Source: Octopus vulgaris (lineage: Eukaryota). From it: DNA of 64,000 nt. The translations under genes were made by a program, and so were the position numbers. The stretch lies in assembly GCA_951406725.2 (NCBI GenBank), contig OX597831.1:71610001-71674000 (forward strand), read 5' to 3'. Below are positions 24,770-37,799 of this stretch, piece by piece (the first letter of the stretch is position 1; every line of letters begins with the position of its first letter). Under the pieces are notes generated by a model. That model saw nothing but the letters and a program-made list of their open reading frames with translations, had not been told where the DNA came from and searched no databases.

Positions 24770-25720
24770 CACTCACCCAGAGACATCAAGAGATAACAAG
24801 TTAGAAGTTCAAGATGGCATTATGCCTAGGACGTCATGTATTTGGTTTTGCACATAGTATTCTTCTAGAGAATGTTTAAGAAAACAAGAAAATTATAAGA
24901 TTGTTTTAAAATTTGAGATGACACAGACTATTTTACGTAGGATATGGGCAGTTCCTATGAGCACTCTTTTTTGAATTTCTGCCATTTTGAGGTTTCCTGG
25001 TATCTGAATTAGGTAGGAATCAGCCACTTTTTCTATCATTCTTAAGGCACCTATGACAACAGGTATTGTTTAATCTTGATGTTCTACATTTTGCCAATTT
25101 CTATTTCAAGATCTTTATACTTACTCAGTTTTTGGTAGGTCTTCAATTAGGACAGTCATATCAATGAGGAGACATGATTTTTGTCTGAAGTCTTTCAATA
25201 TAGTGTCTGGCCTATTCGCATCTGTCTTTCTGTCAGATTGAACGGCGAAATTCCAGAGGAGTGAGATGTGATCATTTTAAGCACTGGAGGTGGTTTATGT
25301 TCCCACCAGTTTTTATCATGGAGCAGGTCCAGATTTTTTCAAATTACCCGGTGAATACAATGTGCTGCTCTATTATGCCTGTTGAGATACACTATATATT
25401 TCTTTACTACCCACAAGGGGCTAAACACAGAGGGGACAAACAAGGACAGACAAACGGATTAAGTCGATTACATCGATCCCAGTGCGTAACTGGTACTTAA
25501 TTTATTGACCCCGAAAGGATGAAAGGCAAAGTCGACCTCGACGGAATTTGAACTCAGAACGTAACGGCAGACGAAATACGGCTACGCATTTCGCCCGGCG
25601 TGCTAACGTTTCTGCCAGCTGGCCGCCTTGTTGAGATACACTATAGGCGCAAGAAGACTGCACACGGAAACATGATCAATGGTCTCATTTTGTTGTTTAC
25701 AGGCACCACATGCATGCATG
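24770..25720 (-). mobile_element. Dong/R4 LINE 3' end (RLE) interrupted by a SINE
   Basis: ANRPDTILKDF and GTAHILRK. 3' UTR similar to 3500-3690. Confidence 0.7.
25397..25628 (-). mobile_element. SINE family 1, full length
   Basis: 17-bp TSD tgttgagatacactata at 25380-25396 and 25629-25645. Confidence 0.92.
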
Positions 25721-26275
25721 TGTGTTTATGCAACATAAGTACCCTATTGGCATTGTATATTAATAAACTATAGAAATAAGCTAACCTCATCTCGCCAGTG
25801 GAGGCAAATGAGAGTATACTGTCATGCTAGGATAGCGTGACGATAACGTAATTCACTTCTGGGCTAGAAGTCATAGTGCAGAGTAAATGTCTAGTTTGAT
25901 GTGTCATGGGTAGTGTCACACGGCATGTTGAATTATGCTTCCACGTCTGCAGACCCCTTCAGCCATTTACTATCCCGCATTCTTATATAAGAATTCGTTT
26001 TGTTACCAAACATATTGTTTAAAACGATGAAGTGAGTCTGATGTGTGAGCAGCTACTATAAAAAATGCTACATGCATACACACATGCACACGTACACACA
26101 CACACACACACATGGGTGTCTCTCTCTAAGTGTCCATGTGTATTCATGTAGTTTACTGTTCTGTTATTTGTCGGGTCAACAAAATAGGTTTTCAAACATG
26201 TTCGTATGCACTCGAGTGTGAAATGACATTCGGTGCAGTAATTAGCTCAGAATAAAAAATTCCCTTTATAGACAA

Positions 26276-26672
26276 CTAGCAGTATCGCCCGGCGTTGCTC
26301 GGGTTTGTAAGGGAAATAACTATATAAGAATTTTTAGAGATGTAAAGTATAATAGCCATCTCAATATGGCTAACCACAAAGGGGGGGGGTGTTACTGTAG
26401 CTTTTTACGTTCTGAGATTTAATAATAAATTTTTAAGAGTTACTTCCCTTATATATGCCAAAAACGCATTAAAAATGGGAAAAATTGATGGTAATTTTTT
26501 TTTTTAATCGTAGACTCATCGTAGACGCGCGCTAATACCCAGAAGGGCTCGAAATGAATCACGACTATAAGATACACGGTTTTGGTTAAACTGCACCGCA
26601 AAATGTGGGAGTAGTTAGGAATCTAAATCGTAGGAGACAGACAGCACACAACCTCTCTTTTATATATAAAGA
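26276..26672 (-). mobile_element. Non-autonomous Helitron
   Basis: Minus strand TC...hairpin...CTAG inserted in an A|T site; related to 10828-11226. Confidence 0.85.
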
Positions 26673-26859
26673 TGAGTGTGAAAACACACATGCGAGTTGG
26701 GCTATGAATGACGTCATCAGACCGTTGGATGAGTATATTTGCACCGTTATGCTTCATCAGCTATGGACACCAAATCTGTTCATAACCCACTAAGTACGTG
26801 AGTTCTTATACGAACGCATACATACATACATACACACGCATATATATATACAGGCATAC

Positions 26860-26902
<43 letters not shown>

Positions 26903-27044
26903 TATATATATACATACATGCATACATACATTTCTATATATATACGCACGCACACGTGTGTGTGTGTGTCCCCGTAAGAAAAGCGGCGCGGCAAAAGAAA
27001 CTGATAGAATAAATAACAGGTTTTAAAAAGTAAAGTGCCGGGGT

Positions 27045-27207
27045 CGCAGGAGTGGCTGTGTGGTAAGGAGCTTGCTAACCAACCACATGGTTCCGGGTTC
27101 AGTCCCACTGCGTGGCATCTTGGGCAAGTGTCTTCTGCTATAGCCCCGGGCCGACCAATGCCTTGAGAGTGGATTTGATAGACGGAAACTGAGAGAAGCC
27201 TGTCGTA

Positions 27208-27265
<58 letters not shown>

Positions 27266-27490
27266 GTGTGTGTGTGTGTGTGTGTGTTTGTGTTTCTGTG
27301 TTTGTCCCCCTAGCATTGCTTGACAACCGATGCTGGTGTGTTTACGTCCCCGTCACTTAGCGGTTCGGCAAAAGAGACCGATAGAATAAGTACTGGGCTT
27401 ACAAAGAATAAGTCCTGGGGTCGATTTGCTCGACTAAAGGCGGTGCTCCAGCATGGCCGCAGTCAAATGACTGAAACAAGTAAAAGAGTA
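27045..27490 (+). mobile_element. SINE family 3
   Basis: cgcaggagtggctgtgtggt tRNA head, CORE-like tcttgggcaagt, internal (TA)n(TG)n and aagtaaaagag tail. Confidence 0.9.
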
Positions 27491-27861
27491 ATAATAATCA
27501 CTAGTCGTAATTTGATGTTTATTATAATGATTTGCTGATGAATGCATTGTATCAAAAACATATTTGTCGTTTATCTCCAGGTAATATTTAACTGAACATA
27601 CCTATCAAGATCCAGGTGTTATTTTCTAGCTTTGGTGTATTCTGTGAAGTAAGTCAATTTCTTGTCTCCTTTCCCACTAAAACCGGCCTTTTATCGAACT
27701 CCACTCTCATACAACTAATCGGACCAACTCTCGATATTTTTATTCCCTTCTCCCTACTGCAGTGTCTTTCTCCTGTTACCAAACCAGTTCAGAAAATCTT
27801 GAACACATCCCTTTCTCTATTCATAAACCATAAAGCGAATCTAGGATTTCATTATCTAATG

Positions 27862-28062
27862 CAGTGCTTTTCAAACTTTTTGCTGGAGCGGAACCCCAAG
27901 GAAACATTCCACTGTCTCGGGGAACCCCTGTGCAATAATTTAATAGTCTTATGCACACATATCTGCACAGGAAAATTAAAAATTACTGCCGATTTTAGCA
28001 GTTTTGTAACTTCTTGCGGAACCCCTGGACTGTACTGGCGGAACCCTGGTTGAAAACCACTG
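27862..28062. mobile_element. hAT-type MITE (201 bp)
   Basis: TIR CAGTG(C/G)TTTTCAA and 8-bp TSD atctaatg at 27854-27861 and 28063-28070. Confidence 0.9.
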
Positions 28063-28488
28063 ATCTAATGTGTCCTTTTTAAAGACACTATAGTTGGATT
28101 TTAAAACATTTTGATTACTTTTTCTTGCAGGTCATTTGACTGCATAAATGATCCCTCATTATTACATGTCATTGTTGCTATAACTGTTGTAATGATACCA
28201 ATAAAGTTTAGTATTTGCTTCAATGTTCGGTTCAATAATCACCAAATACACTTTGATTAGATCCATGTAGTTAAGTGTTATAAACTTTATTTGCTTTGAT
28301 ATGGCATTTAGCTTTTTATCAGAAATTGTTTCATTTGAATGAATCAGGAATACTAGACGCTTAAATGAAAACTTTTCTGATATTCAAATATTTTAAACTA
28401 GGAAAATTAATTTGAATTTAGAGTAATATGATGGACTTGTGGAAAATAGCTGCATAAATTGATGACTTTTTTCGACATTTTAGATATT

Positions 28489-29577
28489 TTATTTCTTATG
28501 TACTTGGTATATTCTTTGAAATAAGTGCAGTAATTCACTATAAAACTGCCGATTGAAAGTTCCATAAATATATGGGTTCACTGCGCATTTGAAGTAAAAA
28601 GAATACATCAAAAGTTTGTAAAGAACTTGTTTTTCATTACTTTCGATGTCATTGAAATTATGTTCAGACATTCTCCAAAATATTGCAGTGAAATGTAATA
28701 GATAACATATAGCCCAGAGCAATGTGGTCGGAAACAAACTTATATTGATCTTAGATAACTGTACTGAATGTTGCTTAAGAATCGAAACAGGAAGTTTTGT
28801 TTCTGGATCATCGCTTCTTTTTTTATTGTTATGAGATGAAATCTTCGTTGGAACTCCGAAAGACACGCTTGAACGGCGTTTACTTCTCGCTACACGCTGA
28901 ATTTTCCTAATTCGTTGTTCAATTAATAAGTAGAATATCATGAGAACAACAAACAAATAAATGTAACCGCTCAACACTACACAATAATAGACAAAAGGAA
29001 ATATTGCGTCGTCTGAACTGTCAGGAAATGAACATACTTTTCCAATATTTCCACATTGTTTAACCAGTCTATTCTGTGTATTGTACACTTTAAGTACTGG
29101 TATATTAAATAGAGCGGAAGAGATTGTGGAAGAAGCTAGAATTATTTTTGAAGTCGCAAAAGAAATATTGTTATTTTTAAAGGGTTGACACATGGTAATG
29201 TATTGTTCGATTCCTATAAAAAATAGAATTATAGATGAATTAAACATTGCTATGGCAACCAAAAACCGCATTAAGCGGCATACAAAACTACTGTAAAAAG
29301 TGAAAGAGAAACATAGAATGAAAACTTCCATCGGTATACATATTAAGCAAGTTAGAAAATCGCACACAAATAGTCCTATAATGAACACTTTTCTGGCTGT
29401 CTCATCAAATTTCCAAAAGTGTATATATGCTAAAACGCTGTTTCCTATTAATCCAAATATCAGAGAAATTAAGAGATATAACATCACAGGCGTATACAAG
29501 TGCGCGAATTCGGTGTTTAGTTCTTCTAAAATACTGACACAGTCATTAGTGTTATTGTTTTTGTCCATTTTCTTCAT
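28489..29577 (-). CDS. Intronless class A GPCR, paralogue of 8648-9736
   Basis: 362-aa 7TM ORF. MDKN start (29568), IGN, CIPME, CRL, VKQCG.IG.VCS and NPYIYG are shared with the first gene. DRY is replaced by EQY. Confidence 0.9.
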   Translation of the reverse strand: MKKMDKNNNTNDCVSILEELNTEFAHLYTPVMLYLLISLIFGLIGNSVLAYIHFWKFDETARKVFIIGLFVCDFLTCLICIPMEVFILCFSFTFYSSFVCRLMRFLVAIAMFNSSIILFFIGIEQYITMCQPFKNNNISFATSKIILASSTISSALFNIPVLKVYNTQNRLVKQCGNIGKVCSFPDSSDDAIFPFVYYCVVLSGYIYLFVVLMIFYLLIEQRIRKIQRVARSKRRSSVSFGVPTKISSHNNKKRSDDPETKLPVSILKQHSVQLSKINISLFPTTLLWAICYLLHFTAIFWRMSEHNFNDIESNEKQVLYKLLMYSFYFKCAVNPYIYGTFNRQFYSELLHLFQRIYQVHKK

Positions 29578-29714
29578 TTTTCCGTACTAACTTTTGCAAA
29601 ATATTTTCTGCAAGTTTGAAGACAGCGTTTGGCTAGCATAGATGTTTGTATTTTCTGGAAAAAGAAAGAAAACAGCGTTTCAAATATTTCATGTCAAGAA
29701 AATTTTGGCAATAT

Positions 29715-30617
29715 TGGTTTCATCTTTTGGCTCAATACTAGCAATTTCAAGGGGCGGAAATAAGTCGATTATATCGCCCCCAGTGTTCAACTAGTACCTA
29801 TAATATCGATACCGAAAGGATGAAAGGTAAAGTCGACCCCTGAAGGCATTTTAACTCAAAACATAAAGTCGGAAGAAATGCCAATTTCTTTACTGCCCAC
29901 AAGGGGCTACACACAGAGGGGACAAACAAGGACATACAAACGGATTAAGTCGACTATATCGATCCCAGTGCGTAACTGGTACTTATTTAATCGACCCCGA
30001 AAGGATGAAAGGCAAAGTCGACCTCGGCGGAATTTGAACTCAGAACGCAGCGGCAGACGAAATACCTATTTCTTTATTACCCACAAGGGACTAAACACAG
30101 AGGGGACAAACAAGGACAGACATAGTTATTAAGTCGATTACATCGACCCCAGTGCGTAGCTAGTACTTATTTAATCGACCCCGAAAGGATGAAAGGCAAA
30201 GTCGACCTCGGCGGAATTTGAACTCACAACATAACGGCAGACGAAATACCGCTGAGCATTTCGCCCGGCGCGCTATCGTTTCTGCTAGCTCGCCGCGGTA
30301 ACAGTTTGAAATATTACTGCGTTGAATTTGAACTCAGAACGTAGCGGCAGACGAAATACCTATTTTTTTATTACCCACAAGGGGCTAAACATAGAAGGGA
30401 CAAACAAGGACAGACATAGGTATTAAGTAGATTACATCGAAACTAGTGCGTAACTGGTACTTAATTTATCGACCCCGAAAGGATGAAAGGTAAAGTCGAC
30501 CTCGGCGGAATTTGAACTCACAACGTAACGGCAGACGAAATACCGCTAAGCATTTCGCCCGACGTGCTAACGTTTCTGCCAGCTCGCCGCCGTAGCAGTT
30601 TGAAATATTACTGCGTT
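29715..30617 (-). mobile_element. Nested and tandem cluster of SINE family 1 copies
   Basis: Units at 29884-30066, 30067-30297 and 30361-30590, with a 294-bp duplication that includes flanking sequence. Confidence 0.85.
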
Positions 30618-31066
30618 ACTCTAAAAGACTAAGTCAGCATAGATTTGTACCAAACAAGAAAAAAATTTTTATGAAAAAAAGCTATAATTACTTATGAGTT
30701 TTACAAATGAATGTTGGTGTAGATACGCTGTAGATGTTAATCAACGATTAGCAAGATATGAAATACAAAACCTACATACTCGGTTAATCTGTTGAACCTG
30801 AATCAACAACTAATAAGTAGTAGTCCATAAACCATACTTCTATACATGAGATATTATGACAAAGCTGAGAATATTCTAAGTGGATAATAGCTGTATAGGT
30901 TTGTATTCTGTAATAATATTTTACTGGTCAGGACAGTTACTTGATTTCACGACTATGAGGTTCCATGGTTTCACCTCTAGCTTCGGGTTGAACCAAACCT
31001 TTTGGGTGAAATTGCTGTTTGGTGAACTCTAAGTGTATTTAGAAGGAGCCGTCTTTATCACACACC

Positions 31067-31118
<52 letters not shown>

Positions 31119-31240
31119 CACACACACACACACATACCACACACACACACACACACATACCACACACATACACACACACATACAACACACACACACACAC
31201 ACACATGCCACACACACACACATGCCACACACACACATAC

Positions 31241-31271
<31 letters not shown>

Positions 31272-31437
31272 AGAGTCTGCCTGAGAACTAGGGTAGACTA
31301 TTTGATAACTGCTGCAAATAAAGAAATCATAGATTTGGTTGTTGGAAATAAAATTCTCTCTTTCAAAATTTAAAACGATGTTCCCATTGGTTTTTATAAC
31401 AAGGTCCTTGCGCAATAACGAAGAGAATTATATATTA

Positions 31438-32643
31438 TACCTGGTTGAGTCAAAAAGTTTTCCGTACTTCAAGATTTAATTAATAATTCAAGCAAGTTAC
31501 ATATCGAAAGTATTTGTTTATAAACATATATCCCATCATATACTATTGTCTGTTGCCATTGTTGTGTCTGAAGCTCATTCCTATGTTATAGATCATTTGG
31601 TTGGTTTAGCAGCAAAAGACTCCCTGCACCCGCTTTTAACCTCTTCCAAGTTATTGAACCTTCATCCATGCAGAATATGAGCCATAGCGCAGAAAATGTG
31701 GTAATCTGATGATACAAAGTCTGGACTGTAGGCAAGTGATGCAGCGCTTCCAGCTCCAAGTTATTCAAGGCCACATTGGCTGTGCGTGATGAGGCATTGC
31801 AATGCTGTATGAATACGCGTCTTTGATTGACCAATGCAGAGTAGCAGCTTTTAAAACACCATGTACTCGCTGCTGTTGTAGAGTTCACAGCATTGTTGAG
31901 TTCATAGCGTATGCAGCATGACCATCAAGAACAAGCTCAAAGTGCAACATCCCCTCGAAATTCTACCAAACGCACAACATGACCTTCTCTTCAATCCGCC
32001 CTTATTTGACTACAGGTTCTGAATCCTGGCCGTAAAACGAATCTATTGATTTCTTCCATTAGAAGTATGAAAATTGATTATTTCCATTTCCAGGTGCAAT
32101 TCGACACCAAATTTTCTCGAGTGTTTTCCTTGTTTGCAAATGTCCAGACGACATTGAGCCTGGTCATTGGTCAGTTCATGAAGAACTTCTCGACATCGTC
32201 TGTTCACAAGGCCGAGCTTATCGGGCTGTCAATTGATAGTGCTTTATTAAGGGTCAAGTTCTGCCGGTGATCGTGTTTGGCTGCTGTTCAGCCATTTCAA
32301 GCACGGCCTCAGGTTCCACCACAGAAAGTTTCCCTGACCTAGATTTGTCTTCGAGGCTGGTGTCACCTTCCTTGAAACGTCTGAACCAGTTAATACCACA
32401 GGTTCCTTGACAGTTCCAGGATCTTAGAAATGGCTCTGATTGCAGTTTTACACCACTCATCATCAAAGCTGTCAAATAAAGAATAAGCAATTATTGTTTA
32501 TATATTATAAATGGAAATAATGAATAAACAATTCAGTAACGATTGAACAATAAGTTGTATCAGATTAATGATATAACATGAAGATACAAGTTGTCAAAAA
32601 TCATCTGTGAAAATCCAAAAAGAAACTTTAGAGTCGACCTTGT
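31438..32643 (-). mobile_element. Decayed mariner transposon
   Basis: WFRRFKEGDTSLEDKSRSG and QHCNA..PSDYH remnants, with TIR-like ends. Confidence 0.8.
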
Positions 32644-32741
32644 TGACATCTGCAGTGAACTTCAACTAAATAGATTTCCTAAATTTAGTTCCTTTTCGTT
32701 TTTTTCAATCTGTTGTTTTTGCTGTAGTTGTCATTATTATA

Positions 32742-32958
32742 AAGGTGGCGAGCTGGCATAATGGTTAGCACGCCTGGCAAAGTGCTTAGCTATATACCGT
32801 CATAACGTTCTGGGTTCGAATTCCGATGAGGTCGACTTTGCCTTTCATCCTTTTGGGGTCGATGAAATAAGTACTAGAGAAACACTGTGGTCGACGTTAT
32901 CGATTAGTCCCCTCCCCCAAAATTTCAGGCCTTGTGCCTATAGTAGAAAGGATTATTT
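32742..32958 (+). mobile_element. SINE family 1 variant with a different tail
   Basis: ggtggcgagctggca...gggttcgaattcc...gactttgcctttcatcc. Confidence 0.8.
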
Positions 32959-32964
32959 ATTGTT

Positions 32965-33505
32965 CTCTCTAATTCAGGTTTTGTTGGAACTCCTGAAGTC
33001 TTGCATGCGAAGCGGGCATGCTGCCTGCAGCCTATAGTACCATTCTATCTGCTATTTTCAACTATCTAATGTTTTCCTGATTATTCTGTCCGAGTCAAGA
33101 AGCCAAACCTTTTGTAACAGTTCTACTGGGCATTCTATTCTGATTTTCTTTATATTCCTCTTGATCCCTTCTGATACTGTCCCCAAGGGCCCAACGATAA
33201 TTGACACTATCTTCACTTTCTTAATTTTCCATAGCCAGGATATTTTGTACATAAGACGATTGTGTACATCTATTTTTTCGCCTTCCTTCTTAATTATTCA
33301 TGGGTCAAAAAGGCACGCAACATCGACTATATAGAACATGTGGTGCATCTTGTATACCAATTCTAGGTCCGGTCTGTTATGCTCTAGCACTTGATCTGTT
33401 TGTATTGGGAAATCCCACAGGATTTTTCAAGTCTCCGACCCCGTTACTCTCTGTGATTTGCGCTTATACTACGTCTTGCCTCTCTCTAGATCCCACTTTT
33501 CATAC
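32965..33505 (-). mobile_element. Dong/R4 LINE 3' end
   Basis: KIVSIIVGPLG, VELLQKVWLL; 3' UTR matches 3190-3275. Confidence 0.8.
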
Positions 33506-33559
33506 AACTTCTGAAGACGGACTCGAAATCGGTTACTTTAAAGACGGCCGCCTTGCTTG

Positions 33560-34130
33560 GTTCTTTACTAACTCATTTTTGTTTTACCTGCCCTTTCTAT
33601 AAAGTATTGCGTGGTGTAGGTTGTCGTGGATAGATATGTTTGTTACGGCACATATCTTTACCTTACTCACCAAAATATTGAGAGTAAGTGCCAAACTCTT
33701 AGCTATCACTCAGGCCAATATCTTGTTACGGGTCTAAAGTTAAAATCATACCCCTCGTTTCTTTTATCTTTCTCGACAGAGCTACCATATATTTTTTCGC
33801 AGGGCCGGGAATTCTTCCGCTCAGCTGCTATTTGCGAAGAGGTCCCTGAGCAAATTTGGAATATAATGATCAAGTTCGTAGAGCAGACCATCCAGCATCA
33901 GTGTCTTCACCCTCACACAACCAGTTATTTCTTCACGTAGTTTATCACTTCTTATCAGCCTGTTGCAGAACTCCGCATTCCCAGCCAAGAGCTACGGAAG
34001 GCCGTGAGGCAGGTGGTAAAATACAGCCCCGTCTCTGTTCCCCTATCCGTCCCAAACAGCTAAAGGAAGTATCACTTAAAACTGCATACACCTGCCACGT
34101 TGAACCTCTCTCATCCTGACCCATCGAACA
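33560..34130 (-). mobile_element. L1/Tx1-type ORF2 RT fragment
   Basis: Across frameshifts: DGLLYEL, KDK..NFRPVT, KILA*VIAKSL..ICAV and SIHDNLH. Confidence 0.65.
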
Positions 34131-34899
34131 ACTTTTTTTTCCTTCCTAAGAGTACACACCCCAGCTCTGACAACGCAACCTTCATTCACACAACACAAAT
34201 GTAGTTACATTCTTGAAATATAAAAAAATCAATTGAACAGATATATCTTAACAGAAACGTGGAAGAAAAACAATGCATAACGTATCGAGACTCAAGAAAA
34301 TGATACTAACATCGAGAAGCAGTCTTTTCCGGGTTAGTCCGGGCGCATTTTATCCATATCGAATAAAAGGAATCATGGTTATATGAAAAGATTAATATTC
34401 GGAGGAGAAATAAATGTTTGGATTGCTATTTCTGGACGAAAAAAAAAATTTTCCATTCCATCTAACAAATTGTGTGAGGAATTCGAGATTTTTTAAAAGG
34501 TTTTAGTCGGAAATATGACTTGAATAATGACGTGATTTTAGTCATTGTGCGGTCATAATCATTATTTTGTATAAAAATTTAGATTACTTCTCAAATAATC
34601 AGTACAACATGGGGTTTAAGAATCTGAGTTTGTTTTTGTCAAAAACATTTTGAAACACAAAGAATAATGTTAGCAAATTTCGCATAAAATTTCTGGATTC
34701 TATATTTTTTCAATTTCTATAATGTGTATAAAATGAATCCCGTGTGTCATAATACTGTTTCTATGGATGAAGGTTCAACACAGTCAAAGAGTATTCGGGT
34801 TAAATTTGATGGTTTTTATGTCTCTTTCTTCAGGAACACACTGAGGTATTATTGGTAAACAGTCGACGGTGTTAAAGAGCTTAATAATTTAAGTCGTGG

Positions 34900-35620
34900 C
34901 TCAGGAAAAGTTAGTTATTGGAAAAGAGTTACATGTATCATGATGCTTCATGCCGAGTATCAACATACGAATATCATGACTGCAGCTCAGTTTTCTATGG
35001 ACCCTGTAAAGGCTGCACGACATGACATGGAGATCATAAAATCCGATGGTCTTTGGGTGTGTCTCCAGTGAGGGTGACACCATGCCGTCCTACATCTTTG
35101 AAAAGGGCATTAGGTTCAACTCAGACAGCTTTGTGAAGCTGCTGGAGACTGGTCAAACACTGACTGGAGAGGGTTGCTGCTGGAAGACCATATGTGTGGC
35201 AGTAGGATTCGGCTCTTTGTCATCCCACCGGAAAGAGTCAGAAGTGGCTGTCAGAGAATTTCTACGACTTTGCCAGCCCCAATTTCTGACCTCTTAATCC
35301 CTCTGGTTGTAATCCCATGGATTGCTATGTGTGGGATGCAGTTGAGAAAGACACCAATTGCTCTGATTGCAACACCAAGATCGAGCAGGTAGCCAAGATG
35401 GAGATATTCGGAGATCTTCCCAGGGACACATTAAAGAACGCATGCACCAGGTTCCAGAGCCATCTTGAGGCTGTGGGAAAAGTTGTGTGCAGCAACTTTT
35501 AGTAAACTGTTGTCTTCCGACCATAATCTAGTTGATATATTTTGATTTTTCAAAACACTTTTATTTTTGGATGGGATATAGTGCTTTCTTTTCCTTTTAT
35601 GCAAATTGTCTGGGAACCGA
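34900..35620 (+). mobile_element. Decayed Tc1/mariner (DD37D-like) transposase
   Basis: MVFGCVSSEG, YVWQ*DSALCH and NPMDCYVW. Confidence 0.8.
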
Positions 35621-35869
35621 AACCACGATATTACAATTGTAAGTGCAAGACCCTAGCCATTAGGCCACGCCTTTTGTGGGAATATACGCAAATATATTAA
35701 TAATTGCCAGTCGTATATTGATGACGTTTTTTGCCGATCACATCATCGCATCAACCTCGTTATTTTTCTCTAGATAAACCATTCCCTAGTGAACCGATAA
35801 TTAAAGATGTTCCAACCAGAACCCTACAAGCTTCGGTAAATTTTCAGACTAAGACCCGCACGATTTCCA

Positions 35870-36210
35870 CAAAAAAAAAATCGTATTTTTTGCGTGGAAT
35901 CAAGTACCCTGATCTATAATGTGCTGCAAATCCCATATTTTGGTTCGGAAGGTAGAGGTGAGAGGGTACCCCATCCCGGAATTTTCACTAAGGAAAAAAA
36001 AATTCGGATTTTTTGCGTGGAATCAAGTACACCGACTTCCTAATATGCTGCAAATCGCATATTTTTGTTCGGAGGGTGGGGGAGCAAGGAACCCCCCCCC
36101 CGGAATTTCACTAAGTAAAAAAAAAATTCGGATTTTTTGCGTGGAATCAAGTACCCTGACCCCCTTACCCTAATATGCAGCAAATCCCTTATTTTGGTTC
36201 GGAAAAGTGG
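35870..36210 (+). repeat. ~124-bp tandem repeat, about 3 units
   Basis: ttttttgcgtggaatcaagtac...taatatgc.gcaaatc...ttcgga recurs at ~35886, ~36009 and ~36133. Confidence 0.8.
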
Positions 36211-36413
36211 GTGGTGAATTGGAATTTCTTTTTCTTTTTCGTTGAATGAATTCCTGTGACATGCTGAGATTACCCATCCTAATATGCTAGAAACCCCTTT
36301 TTGCAGTTCGAAAAATGGACTGGGGTGAGGTGGATGCCTCGGAAGTTTCACCCACTTCCAACATTTTATAGAAATAAAATTTCCTGGGTGTGAATTACAT
36401 GGTTCGTTATTAA

Positions 36414-36464
<51 letters not shown>

Positions 36465-37016
36465 TATTGTGTATATTTCGTGTATATATATACATATATA
36501 TAATAGCGTGTATGAAGACAGGTAAAAATTCAGACAAACTGCTACTTACCTCTTGCTGTCAAAAAAATGGATTAATTCTCAGCAAAACACACTTTTATGC
36601 TAGACCAACGTTTTACGAAAAAACAAAACAAAAATCTTTCGCGCGCAAAACTAATTTTTGTGAGTGGTAGTGGTGTTGGGAGAGAATGTTGCTTCTCTAG
36701 AGAAGCGATTTAAAATAAACATATCTTTGCTTGAGGGAGAGAGGAAGAGAAGTTGCATATGTACCGCTAAACTCTTACAAAATTAAATCTATTTTTCAAT
36801 GTACGTGGGAAAATACAGAGATTAAGAATATGAAAATTTTTTCTTTAATCTCAAATTTTCTATGAAAAACTCCAAACTGACTGAAACTGTAAATGTCGAT
36901 ATCCTAAAAATAACAGCCAAATGCCTGGAGAACATTTGTGTCTGTGTGTGCGCGCACAACAATTTCAATGACTTATACGAATAAACAGAAAGTACAGAAG
37001 TACATTATTACTACAC

Positions 37017-37420
37017 AGGCGCAGGAGTGGCTCTGTGGTAAGTAGCTTGCTAACCAACCACATGGTTCTGGGTTCAATCCCACTGCATGGCATCTTGGGC
37101 AAGTGTCTTCTGCTATAGCCCCAGGCCGGCCAATGCCTTGTGAGTGGATTTGGTAGACGGAAACTGAAAGAAGCCTGTCGTATATATGTATATATGTGTG
37201 TGTGTATGTGTTTGTATGTCTGTGTTTGTCCCCCTAGCATTGCTTGACAACCGATGCTGGTGTGTTTACGTCCCCGTCACTTAGCGGCTCGGCAAAAGAG
37301 ACCGATAGAATAAGTACTGGGCTTACAAAGAATAAGTCCCGGGGTCGATTTGCTCGACTGAAGGCGGTGATCCAGCATGGCCGCAGTCAAATGACTGAAA
37401 CAAGTAAAAGAGTAAAGAGT
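37017..37420 (+). mobile_element. SINE family 3
   Basis: Full head-to-tail match to the other family-3 copies. Confidence 0.9.
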
Positions 37421-37520
37421 ATACCTGTTGTTATATATGTCAGCTTTCGTTTTCGCATCCATGAAGTTTTTGAGGATGACAGAAAAGCTATTTGATGCAT
37501 CCAGTAAAAGATTTTGAGGA

Positions 37521-37664
37521 TGGGGCTAATGCAGATTCACACCTCTTCAGAAATGCATTTTTCTGAAAAAAAGTTTATTCTGACATATAAAACCTAGGAA
37601 TCCAAATAAACGTTTTCAGAAAAATGCATTTTTCTAGGAGAGGTGCAAATCTGTATTAGCACCC
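37521..37664. repeat. ~145-bp palindromic MITE-like element
   Basis: gctaatgcagattcacacctct...agaggtgcaaatctgtattagc, with inner arms tgcatttttctgaaaa/ttttcagaaaaatgca. Confidence 0.7.
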
Positions 37665-37799
37665 CTGGAATTGTGATTAAGCAGTCGAGAAGTGTGACTG
37701 GTCTGTGAGGGGGACATATAATTGGGCTGCCTGTCGAAAAAATTTGTGGAGTAACAAAAATTTATTTCTCTCAGAGGAGATAAATAAATATCTAGACAG

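Noticed and set aside
33505-33540. CTGAAGA...CGAAA motif
   Set aside because: Stems I and II do not pair convincingly.
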